Positions 22,911 through 32,793 of a stretch of 41,675 nucleotides of DNA are shown piece after piece. The first letter of the stretch is position 1. Each line of letters begins with the position of its first letter. The notes under the pieces are model-generated. The model worked only from the letters and a program-made list of their open reading frames with translations, did no database searches and was not told the origin of the DNA. The stretch lies in contig NC_068984.1 in assembly GCF_001194135.2 (NCBI RefSeq), positions 137,602,299 to 137,643,973 on the forward strand. The letters run 5' to 3'. The position numbers and the translations under genes were made by a program. The stretch comes from Octopus bimaculoides (lineage: Eukaryota).

Positions 22911-23009
22911 CATATCTGTTTATTCGGATACCTGATATTGAATTTTAAATCTTCTGATCTAAACCCTGCAGGTTATAGCCTGTTGTACAGCAGTAACAAG
23001 GACACAAAA

Positions 23010-23145
23010 TATATTAGAATAACCACATGGAATGTTAATATGATTAAAATGGCATTGTAAAAACACTTGTAAGTTTTATGAGCGTAACAAGGTGAGCTTG
23101 GATATTTACACAATTCATCAAACGATTTTTATAAGAAAAAGCGTC
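23010..23145 (+). mobile_element. Possible decayed APE endonuclease N-terminus of a LINE
   Basis: IRITTWNVN... then ERNKVSLDIYTIHQT, resembling RIxTWNV...DI..xQET. Confidence 0.35.
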
Positions 23146-23361
23146 TGCTGAAAGACAAATGATTTCGGAGTCGACAGTGACCGATTTCAGGAAGTTATGG
23201 TAACGAGGAATGTGTGCCCTTTCTGTGTGTCATTTCTGTAACCTGCAAAGAGCAAATATTCCAGCATTATAAGATTTACATTTCCTAAACGTTTATTAAA
23301 CCAAATGGTAAAACAATCACCGTTATGACCGATATTTAATTCTGGATTAGACATGCTGTCG

Positions 23362-23740
23362 CAGGCATAGCTCTGTGGCTTAGGGGCTTGTTTTGTAACC
23401 ATATTCTTTTGAGTTCAGTCCCACTTCACGGCACCTTGGGCAAGTGTCTTCTATTATAGCCCGGGGCCACCCAATACATTGTGAGTGAATTTGATTGACG
23501 GAAACTGCGTGGAAGCCCGTCTTGTGTGTGTGCGTGTGTCGTTGTCTTTGCATTTGTCCTCTAGCACCAGTAGGTAACCAGTGTTGGTTGTTCACATCCC
23601 TGTAACTTAGCGATTCGGCAGAAGAACCGATATAATAGTTACTGAGCTTAAAGTAAGATTTATTCGACCAAACACTCCCGGGCAGTGGCCCAGCATGGTC
23701 GCAGTCCAATGACCGAGAGCAAGTAAACGATAAAGGCTAA
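23362..23740 (+). mobile_element. SINE family B, diverged, near full length
   Basis: Similarity to the other B copies. Confidence 0.8.
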
Positions 23741-23849
23741 AGATACGAACAACACCAAATTCCTGACGAATGAATAAAAGAGAAAGCGACGAAGAAAAGA
23801 TACTTACCTCCCCACTCAGTTTTCAGTTTCTCAATGGTTTATTTTTTAT

Positions 23850-24025
23850 ATTTTACTTGTTTCAGTCATTTGACTGTGGCCATTCTGGGGCACTACTCGA
23901 AGAAACGACCCAGTACATTTTTATTTTAAGCCTGAAATTTATTCTGTCTCTTGTGTCTAACTGCTAGGCTACTGAGAAGTAAACACAACACCAGTCGTCA
24001 AGCGGGGAACATACAAGCACAAAAA
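23850..24025 (-). mobile_element. SINE family B, 3' fragment
   Basis: TTTTACTTGTTTCAGTCATTTGACTG tail. Confidence 0.7.
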
Positions 24026-24035
24026 CCGTGTTCTA

Positions 24036-24724
24036 CGTGTCACATTCAACCAGTATTTGATTTTAAAATCTGTGACTGAGATTGAAAAGATCGAAAATTT
24101 GTATCCAACGTAAACCTTATATAGAGGTTTTGTTTTTATCTCGGGAGGGTCATTATGCCAATAATAAACACACACACTGGTTCTATGCATCCAGCAGGAC
24201 TGAGAAAAACATCGCAGATATGCGTGCAGCTGTGAGGGGAAATCGTCGAGTCAACATCCGTGAGTTGTCAGAAGATGTGCAAATTAGTTACGATTCAGTT
24301 CAGTCCATTATCACTGAAGATTTGGATATGGGACACGTGTCTGCCAAGTTTGTGCCAAAACTGCTTTCAGCTGACCAAAAGGACTCTCGGGTTTCAGTTG
24401 CACAAAGATCTCCTTGATTGTGTCAAGAACAATGGAAACTTTTTGAAAAGTTTGCGTAGGCCTCTAAGCAAGTATCGCCAATTTTTTGACAAAATTTGAT
24501 GCAGATTCTCTGCTCAACTTTCTCTGTCATGGTCAATGCGACGATCACATGCTACACACCTTTCTTCCAAGCACTGCTGTAAATAACGGAAGTGAGCTAG
24601 AACGTTAAAACTTAGTACACATGCACAACAGAGTTCAAGGATAATCTGTGCCAAGCAGCTTCACTCTGCGTGCTTTAGTTTCATTACTATAGCAACAGTC
24701 CGGATACTTATTGATAAAACCACA
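24036..24724 (+). mobile_element. Internally deleted mariner
   Basis: SRTEKNIADMRAAVRGNRRVNIRELSEDVQISYDSVQSIITEDL...SAKFVPKLLSADQK (second HTH and WVPxxL-type motif); degenerate TIRs with TA ends. Confidence 0.85.
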
Positions 24725-24950
24725 TATATGCGGCGTGTGTAGTGCAGTGCTGTTTTATTGGTTGCTTATCATATTAGAGCATGTGTTGTTTGCAGGGAAT
24801 GTTCTGGTTGAATTATGTGATTGAATTGATAGAGACTTATGTAGAATGCGGGCCATATATAGTAGAGTTATTTTGGGGAACTGTATGTAACGTTAAGAGC
24901 CCGTAATGGCTTCTATATTTTTGTTCATATTTTTTTCTCATACTTACTGC

Positions 24951-25650
24951 CAGAGCTGGATTGATTAATCATTAAGCAAAATAAGCCCATACTTAGGGTA
25001 TTAAGGGAAGTGTGGGGGCGGCACCACAGAAATGGTAAATGGTTTATGGCATTGTTATTTCAGGATACCTTATCATTATTAAGTATAGAAGCTGATGTGT
25101 TTCCTAAGATTAATGTTGAGGATCTAACCAAAGACTACAATTAAAAAAAGTAAGAGAATATTTTCCAAATATAAATAAAATAGAAGTATACAAAAATAAA
25201 CATTATTTTCTATTTTACTGTTAGTTTTGTTTCATTTTGAAAAATAAAAATTTATTTTATGCACTTATGATTGTTTATATTTTGAAAGCCTAGCCAGGCT
25301 CATGGGCCCGGTTTCCCGGTTTCTATGGTGTATGTGTTCCCCCCAGCTGGACGGGACGCCAGTCCATCGCAGCGTTACTAAAAAAAAAAAAACAGGAAGA
25401 AAGAGTGAGAGAAAGTTGAGGCGAAAGAGTACAACAGGGGTCGCCATCCACCCCCTGCCGGAGCCACGTGGAGCTTTAGGTGTTTTCGCTCACTAAACTC
25501 ACACAACGCCCGGTCTGGGAATCGAAACCGCGATCTTCCGACCGCGAGTCCGCTGCCTTAACCACTGGGCCATTGCGCCTCCACACACACATATATGGAG
25601 GCACCAAAATCTTTTAAGAATTTAAAGCCTAAATGAGTCATAATCTGACA
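24951..25650 (+). mobile_element. Non-autonomous hAT remnant interrupted by a chimeric SINE
   Basis: CAGAGCTGGATT start; QDTLSLLSIEADVFPKINVEDLTKDY (25061-25138) is a hAT dimerisation-domain C-terminus; paralogous to 6200-6732. Confidence 0.6.
25288..25584 (-). mobile_element. Chimeric SINE: family A head and body joined to a family D-type tail
   Basis: A sequence 25393-25584, A-run 25380-25392, non-A tail 25288-25379 resembling 21704-21735. Confidence 0.7.
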
Positions 25651-25810
25651 CATATTCTACTACATATTCCGTTACATTTCAACTTTGAGTTTCTTCTACT
25701 ACGGCAGTTTCTTCACCTCATTTGTGGTGACGTTCTGATCAGAAAGAGGCTGTGATGTCGGCTGGGGGAGTACAAGCATTTTCGTTCAAGTCTTTGAATA
25801 TTATAACTGG

Positions 25811-26632
25811 TTGAATCTAAAGCCCGACAGAGAGGAAGTAAGCCGAAAGTTGAATGTCTGACACTAGCTGCACAAAAACAGTTGTTAGTTTCGGTAAGCA
25901 TGTTTCTGATGTTCGAGACAAGATTGTTTCATGTACAATGTTTGGTATATTTTCATATTATTTGTCTGTGTGGAGGCGCAATGGCCCAGAGGTTAGGGCA
26001 GCGGACTCGCGGTCATAGGATCGCAGTTTCGATTCCCAGACCGGGCGTTGTGAGTGTTTATTGAGCGAAAACACCTAAAGCTCCACGAGGCTCCGGCAGG
26101 GAATGGTAGCGAACCCTGCCGTACTCTTTTACCACAACTTTCTCTCACTCTTTCTTCCTGTTTCTGTTGTACCTGTAATTCAAAGGGCCAGCCTTGTCAC
26201 ACTCTGTGTCACGCTGAATCTCCCCGAGAACTACGTTAAGGGTACACGTGTCTGTGAAGTGCTCAGCCACTTGCACGTTAATTTCACGAGCAGGCTGTTC
26301 CATTGATTGGATCAACTGGAACCCTCGACATCGTAAGCGACGGAGTGCCAACAACAACAACAACATTTCTTGTCCGTTTCCACGTCGAGGTGTTAATATA
26401 TTGTCTGGTGGATGTTATTGTTGACTCGGCCATATCTGCGTATATACTTGGACTTGGTAAGGACTGAGCACCTAAGAGATGAGCTCGACCGCTTCATTGT
26501 ACTGGTTACATTGCAAACTAACTGCAATAGTTGCATCCTCCTTCATTATATATTTTTGTAACTGTTTTTGTGCAGCTAGTGTCAGACATTCAACTTTCGG
26601 CTTACTTCCTCTCTGTCGGGCTTTAGATTCAA
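25811..26632. mobile_element. Element bounded by a perfect 73-bp inverted repeat, no TSD seen
   Basis: 25811-25883 is the exact reverse complement of 26560-26632. Confidence 0.8.
25972..26365 (+). mobile_element. SINE family A, full length with (CAA)n tail
   Basis: Collinear with the other A copies. Confidence 0.95.
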
Positions 26633-26912
26633 TTTAAATTAAAATAATGGGTCATAGACTGCTGTATGTATATAGGTAATAGGTAATTCACACCAACATA
26701 TACAATGTATACAGTAATATTTACCCCCTCTTTCTATGAAAAATAAATTGTAATTTTACGTCGAAATAATATAATTTACTTCGTAATGTGAGTGTATTAC
26801 TCGTCATTTAACTCTAAAACAGCTAGCAACAAAAGCATATTATTTCTATTATTGCACCAAAACGAGATAAAAACTTTTTGAAAGCAAAGCAAAATAGAAC
26901 AAAACTGGCTAG

Positions 26913-27290
26913 TTGGCACTCCGTCGGTTACGACGACGAGGGTTCCAGTTGATCCGATCAGCGGAACAGCCTGCTCGTGAAATTAACGTGCAAGTGGCTG
27001 AGCACTCCACAGACACGTGCACCCTTAACGTAGTTCTCGGGGAGATTCATCGTGACATAGAGTGACAAGGCTGACCCTTTGAATTACAGGTAGAACAGAA
27101 ACAGGAAGAAAGAGTGAGAGAAAGGTGTGGTGAAAGAGTACAGCAGGGTTCGCCACCATCCACTGCCGGAGCCATGTGGAACTTTAAGTGCTTTCGCTCA
27201 ATAAGCACTCACAACGCCCAGTCTGGGAATCGAAACCGCGATCCTACGACCGCGAGTCCGCTGCCCTAACCACTGGGCCATTGCGCATTC
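26913..27290 (-). mobile_element. SINE family A, full length
   Basis: Collinear with the other A copies; partial TSD ACAAAACT. Confidence 0.95.
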
Positions 27291-27403
27291 ACAAAACTAC
27301 GCACAAGTATACATGCAATATTTTAATTTCTCTCTCTCAAGAAGGAATCGGCGCTCGCATGCGGATACACACACTTTCGGAATTCTGAGTTAAGATCCGT
27401 AAA

Positions 27404-28135
27404 TAAGGCATCGAGCTGGTGGATTCGTAAGCACGTCGGAAAAAAAGAAAAAATGCCCCGCGATTTTTTACGTTCTGAGTTCAAATCAAACAGAGGTCAA
27501 CTACGCAGTTTATCCTTTCGTGTCGATTAAATAAAGTACCGATGACGTACGTACTTGAGTCAATGTAATCGACTTGCCGTTTCCCATCAAAACCGCTGAC
27601 TGAAACCTCTAACGGACTGGCATCCCGTTCAGGGGAAGTTCTGTGATCTCGGTCCCTTTAACGACGCCACGGAAACCGAATATTATTTCAATTTATCAAT
27701 ATTTGTTTATTTCAAGGCGGCGAGATGGCAGAAACGTTAGCGCGCCGGGCGAAATGCTTAGCAGTGTTTCGTCTGCCGCTACGTTCTGAGTTCAAATTCC
27801 GCCGAGGTCGACTTTGCCTTTCATTCTCTCGGGGTCGATAAATTAAGTGCCAGTTGCATACTGTGTCGATCCAATCGACTGGCCCCACTTCCCACCAAAT
27901 TTCTGGCCTTGTGCCTAGAGTAGAAAAGAATATCTGTTTGTTTCAAGGCGGTGAGCTGGCAGAATCGTTAGCACGCCGGGCGAAATGCTTAGCAGTGTTT
28001 CGTCCGTCTTTACGTTCTGAGTTCAAATTCCGCCGAGGTAGACTTTGCCTTTCATCCTTTCAGGGTCGACTGGTCGCTTCCTCCAAATTTCAGGCCTTGT
28101 GCTTATAGTAGAAAAGATTATTATTATTATTATTA
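27404..28135 (+). mobile_element. Three same-orientation SINE family C copies (about 27404-27600, 27714-27930, 27945-28135)
   Basis: AAGGC...GTTCTGAGTTCAAAT...GAGGTCRACT repeated three times; the last ends in (ATT)n. Confidence 0.85.
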
Positions 28136-28864
28136 TTATTATTAGTAGTAGTAGTAGTGTGTAGCATTGGGCTTGTTCCCCCTCTATACCACTTGACAAC
28201 AGATGCTGGTTTATTTACATCTGCGTAACTTAGCAGTTTGGCAAAAGGGATCCGATAGAAAAAGTACCAGACTTAAAAACATGTCCTGGAGTGGATTTGT
28301 TCAACTAAGCCCTTCAAAGATATGCCGTAGCATGGTCCTAGCCCTATGACTGTAACAAGTAAAAGATGGAATAAATCAAAATTATCAAATCTGTAGAACA
28401 TCAAATCTACATTTGGTTTTCTATTTTGCAAAACATGCATATCCATTCTCAATTGTTCGGCCATAGCTTCTCAATTCTCCTTAATATCTTCCCATTTGAA
28501 AACATAGCTTGTCTTAGAATTCCTCTACCATTCTATAATCCCCACCCCGACTAACTCGTCTTCCTATACTTTCCACTGCGTCCCGTTTTTCGAGCCGCAC
28601 CCCTGTTATTTTCTAGTAACATTTTGGTTTTTTTCATACACTACGTGCAAGTTTTCACATTCAAATTAAAATATTTTGTGTTGTCTTTTGAATGTCTCCG
28701 CATTTTCTTAACGTTTCTTTAGAACCTGTCAGTTTAAGCATCACGGTATTGAATTTCATTTTGAAATCTTTCGAAATCTACATCCTTTGCGCAACGTCTG
28801 TTAAAATATTTTTGTTCTCGTGAGAAAGAGTTACTATTTCACTGATATCCTCTATCATATTTGT

Positions 28865-29045
28865 TTCATTTATTACACTGCAGCCATGCTGGAGCACCAC
28901 TTTGCAAGGTTAGTCGAACAAATTGACCCCCACTCCCACTTATTTTAAGTTTTTTACTTAATCTATTGGTCTGTTTTGCCGGAGCGCTAAGTTACGGGAA
29001 CATAAATGAACCAATATCAGTTGTTAGGTAGTGGGCATAGTAAAT

Positions 29046-29080
<35 letters not shown>
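28865..29080 (-). mobile_element. SINE family B, 3' half
   Basis: GCCATGCTGGAGCACC tail and GCTAAGTTACGGG. Confidence 0.7.
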
Positions 29081-29082
<2 letters not shown>

Positions 29083-29088
29083 TAAATA

Positions 29089-29240
29089 TGACTGTGTGAC
29101 AAGAAGCTTGCTTACCAACCACATGGTTCCGGGTTCAGTCCCACTGCGTGGCACCTTGGGCATATGTCTCCTACTATAGCCTCGGGCCGACCAAAGCCTT
29201 GTGAGTGGATTTGGTAGACGGAAACTGAAAGAAGCCCGTC

Positions 29241-29286
<46 letters not shown>

Positions 29287-29409
29287 ATGTTTGTATGTCT
29301 GTGTTTGTCCCCTCAACATCGCTTGACAAACGTCCCCGTAACTTAGTGGTTCGGCAAAAATTGATCGGATCAACCTCAACCCTCTCGTCGTAACCGACGG
29401 AGTGCCACG

Positions 29410-29412
<3 letters not shown>
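29089..29412 (+). mobile_element. Chimeric SINE: family B head and body joined to a family A tail
   Basis: B to 29360, then TTGATCGGATCAAC...GTCGTAACCGACGGAGTGCCA. Confidence 0.75.
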
Positions 29413-29453
<41 letters not shown>

Positions 29454-29741
29454 CACACATCGATACATACATGCATACACACATACACACAATCAGCTGG
29501 TACTCAGTTTCCAACTACTAAATGCATTGACAATTGACAAAGCTTTTGTCGGTCCTGGGCAATAGTAACGAGACATACATAGGGTGCCACAGGATGGGAC
29601 TGAACCCGAAACAGCACAACCGTGCCTGTGACAATTCTAAAACCTGTAACTTTCCAGATAACCTTTAATTTTGCCTCCGAGATATTCTGTTTTAGTTCTT
29701 TCTCATAAGTTTAGTTAAAAGTGAGAAATATCGTTTTTGAT

Positions 29742-30037
29742 TATTTACATTATTTACATTTGACGGATATTTGTCCTCATCTTGTTTGTTGTCAACACAA
29801 CGTTTCGGCTGATACACCCTCCAGCCTTCGTCAGGTGTCTTGGGGAAATTTCGAATCAGGGTTCTCATTCCTAACGATGTTACTATTATTATATTATTAT
29901 TATTATTACTATTATTAATCAGGTCGCTGCCGTGAATCGAACTCGGAACCTTGGGGTTAGTAGCCCGAGCTCTTAATCACTACGCCATATGCCCGTAAAT
30001 AATGTAAATAATTCCTCATCTCTTAAATATAGAACTG
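29742..30037 (-). mobile_element. tRNA-headed, hammerhead-bearing non-autonomous retroelement
   Basis: 13-bp TSD TATCGTTTTTGAT (29729-29741, 30038-30050); A box 29975-29987; B box 29934-29944; (TAA)n spacer; hammerhead core 29794-29839; 17-bp inverted terminus. Confidence 0.8.
29794..29842 (-). ncRNA. Minimal type I hammerhead ribozyme candidate
   Basis: CAAGACAC-CUGACGA-A-GGCUG(gagggugua u)CAGCC-GAAAC-GUU-GUGUU: stem I 5 bp, stem II 5 bp, palindromic ACGU stem III. Confidence 0.65.
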
Positions 30038-30056
30038 TATCGTTTTTGATGTTTAA

Positions 30057-30265
30057 CCGTTTAGCATTCAGATTACTCTGCCAAATGTAATGCTTATTTA
30101 TTCACATTGTTTTGAAATGATTATGTATTAGCTTGTAGCTTTGAGATTTCGATGATGTGATTGTTTGTTTTTATAATGACATTGTAAGTGGCTGAATCTT
30201 GCTCGCTTGAACATAACATAGCTGAAATATTTGAGCCAGATATGGTTGGTTTAAATACTGAAGAG
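30057..30265. mobile_element. piggyBac-like MITE
   Basis: TTAA|CCGTTTAGCATTCA ... TAAATACTGAAGAG|TTAC; degenerate TIRs. Confidence 0.5.
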
Positions 30266-30432
30266 TTACGGCTACTATTACTATCGTGATTATAAATTAC
30301 AGTATGTAAGCAGTTATTCTATGTTTATCGACAGTGAAATTAACTTATGGTCTCAGTTTCGAAATGTTCCTGTTTATTTTTACGGGGGTAAATTTTTTCT
30401 TTTGTTGGTAATAAATCAATTCGGTTTTTGTG

Positions 30433-30890
30433 TCTATCTTAATCTACGATCATGAATGTTGGGTAATGTCCGAAAGAGTACGATTATCAATACAAGCAGC
30501 TGAAATAGGATTCTTCCGAAAGATTTCTGGAGTAACGTTACTCTACAGGGTATGTAGCTCGGAGATCAGGTGGGTGGTTTCTCTATGTTGATCTGCTACT
30601 TCTATGCAATGAGAGGTCACAGCTCCGGTACTACGGCCATGTGACTAATTGTCACAGGAAAGAATCTCGAGGTTGATTGTTGAAACCGAATCAGCCGGTA
30701 GGAAACCTAGTGAGTAGACCAAGAACGAGATGAATGGACGATGTCCATAGTGTCAATTGATTACATTTGGAAATCAAGCCGGAAAATCTACTGACAGTTG
30801 CTTCTGAACCCTACGGAGGAGGTGCCTGAGGACTGTAACCCATGACCCTCTAGGGGTAGTGGGCAGAAAAAAAAAACAAAAAAAAAAAAC
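30433..30890 (+). mobile_element. RTE-clade LINE 3' fragment
   Basis: SILIYDHECWVMSERVRLSIQAAEIGFFRKISGVTLLYRVCSSEIR...SQLRYYGHV; A-rich end. Confidence 0.8.
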
Positions 30891-31039
30891 AGATGGACAC
30901 GGGACACTAATAAGTCTGAGAAAATAACCTTTAAAACTGATCTGAAAATGGCGATATGACATTACTTCAGTTATTGAGAATAGGTGAAAAAAAAAATTCA
31001 ATTTAGATGTTTTCTGATGTTATTTGCATATTATATTGT

Positions 31040-31144
31040 TTTCTACTCCAGGCACAAGACCCGAAATTTTGGTGGAGGGGTGGGGCAAGTCGATTAAATC
31101 GATCCCAGTACGCAACTGGTAATTAATTCATCGACCCCGAAAGG
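31040..31144 (-). mobile_element. SINE family C, 3' part running into a gap
   Basis: AGGCACAAG...CGCAACTGGTA...GACCCCGAAAGG. Confidence 0.8.
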
Positions 31145-31988
31145 NNNNNNNNNNNNNNNNNNNNNNNNNNNNNNNNNNNNNNNNNNNNNNNNNNNNNNNN
31201 NNNNNNNNNNNNNNNNNNNNNNNNNNNNNNNNNNNNNNNNNNNNNNNNNNNNNNNNNNNNNNNNNNNNNNNNNNNNNNNNNNNNNNNNNNNNNNNNNNNN
31301 NNNNNNNNNNNNNNNNNNNNNNNNNNNNNNNNNNNNNNNNNNNNNNNNNNNNNNNNNNNNNNNNNNNNNNNNNNNNNNNNNNNNNNNNNNNNNNNNNNNN
31401 NNNNNNNNNNNNNNNNNNNNNNNNNNNNNNNNNNNNNNNNNNNNNNNNNNNNNNNNNNNNNNNNNNNNNNNNNNNNNNNNNNNNNNNNNNNNNNNNNNNN
31501 NNNNNNNNNNNNNNNNNNNNNNNNNNNNNNNNNNNNNNNNNNNNNNNNNNNNNNNNNNNNNNNNNNNNNNNNNNNNNNNNNNNNNNNNNNNNNNNNNNNN
31601 NNNNNNNNNNNNNNNNNNNNNNNNNNNNNNNNNNNNNNNNNNNNNNNNNNNNNNNNNNNNNNNNNNNNNNNNNNNNNNNNNNNNNNNNNNNNNNNNNNNN
31701 NNNNNNNNNNNNNNNNNNNNNNNNNNNNNNNNNNNNNNNNNNNNNNNNNNNNNNNNNNNNNNNNNNNNNNNNNNNNNNNNNNNNNNNNNNNNNNNNNNNN
31801 NNNNNNNNNNNNNNNNNNNNNNNNNNNNNNNNNNNNNNNNNNNNNNNNNNNNNNNNNNNNNNNNNNNNNNNNNNNNNNNNNNNNNNNNNNNNNNNNNNNN
31901 NNNNNNNNNNNNNNNNNNNNNNNNNNNNNNNNNNNNNNNNNNNNNNNNNNNNNNNNNNNNNNNNNNNNNNNNNNNNNNNNNNNNNNNN

Positions 31989-32034
<46 letters not shown>

Positions 32035-32568
32035 ATGTAATAAAGCCCTTCGCCGTACTTACCGCGTTGTGAGTGGCAGATTTGGTTTCCGTAGTCGACG
32101 AAATAAAAAGACACAGAAGGGCGTGTGATCAACGATGCAATTACATCAAAATGTATCTTCAAACATGTCTTCACAGAGACGCTTCTTCTGTAACTATGGA
32201 ACTAGTTCCACAGCGGAAGGTCTTATCAAGTCCGAAAATACCTGAGCTTGTTAAATATAACTTTACACCTCGAATATATTTTATTCAACGCTGCTTCGTG
32301 CCACATTATACATATACGTACATACATACATACATGCACACACACACACATACATACATACATGCATACATACATACATACATACATACATACATTTATA
32401 TGTATGTGTATATATATATATATATATATATGTATATGTCCCCGTATGTATGTGTGTATATATATATATNNNNNNNNNNNNNNNNNNNNNNNNNNNNNNN
32501 NNNNNNNNNNNNNNNNNNNNNNNNNNNNNNNNNNNNNNNNNNNNNNNNNNNNNNNNNNNNNNNNNNNN

Positions 32569-32622
<54 letters not shown>

Positions 32623-32665
32623 AATTAAGTAACGAGAAGATGGATTTGGTATTAAACTTTATTTT

Positions 32666-32758
32666 GCTCAACATTCGTTTCGACCCGTCCTGCTATTGTC
32701 CCTCTGTTCAACATGTTGTGTTGCATCTTTTTTGCAGTCTGAGTCTCATCAGGTATAC
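32666..32758 (-). ncRNA. Hammerhead-like core with a long stem II insertion
   Basis: CUGAUGA-GACUC...about 55 nt...GGGUC-GAAAC, followed by AAUAAA; stem I pairing not recovered. Confidence 0.5.
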
Positions 32759-32793
32759 CCATAGATAAAGTTGTGTCTCACTAAAGATCTTGA

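Noticed and set aside
28440-28865. Possible minus-strand RTE RT remnant (...MKFNT.M...)
   Set aside because: Motif similarity is too faint without an alignment.
29921-29995. Functional tRNA gene (also the heads of SINE families A, C and E)
   Set aside because: Acceptor stems do not pair and the heads run into SINE bodies; treated as tRNA-derived promoters.
32073-32310. Non-repetitive ORF start MADLVSVVDEIKRH... as the PLE N-terminus or a host exon
   Set aside because: No recognisable motif; it lies between two gaps and microsatellites, so linkage cannot be judged.
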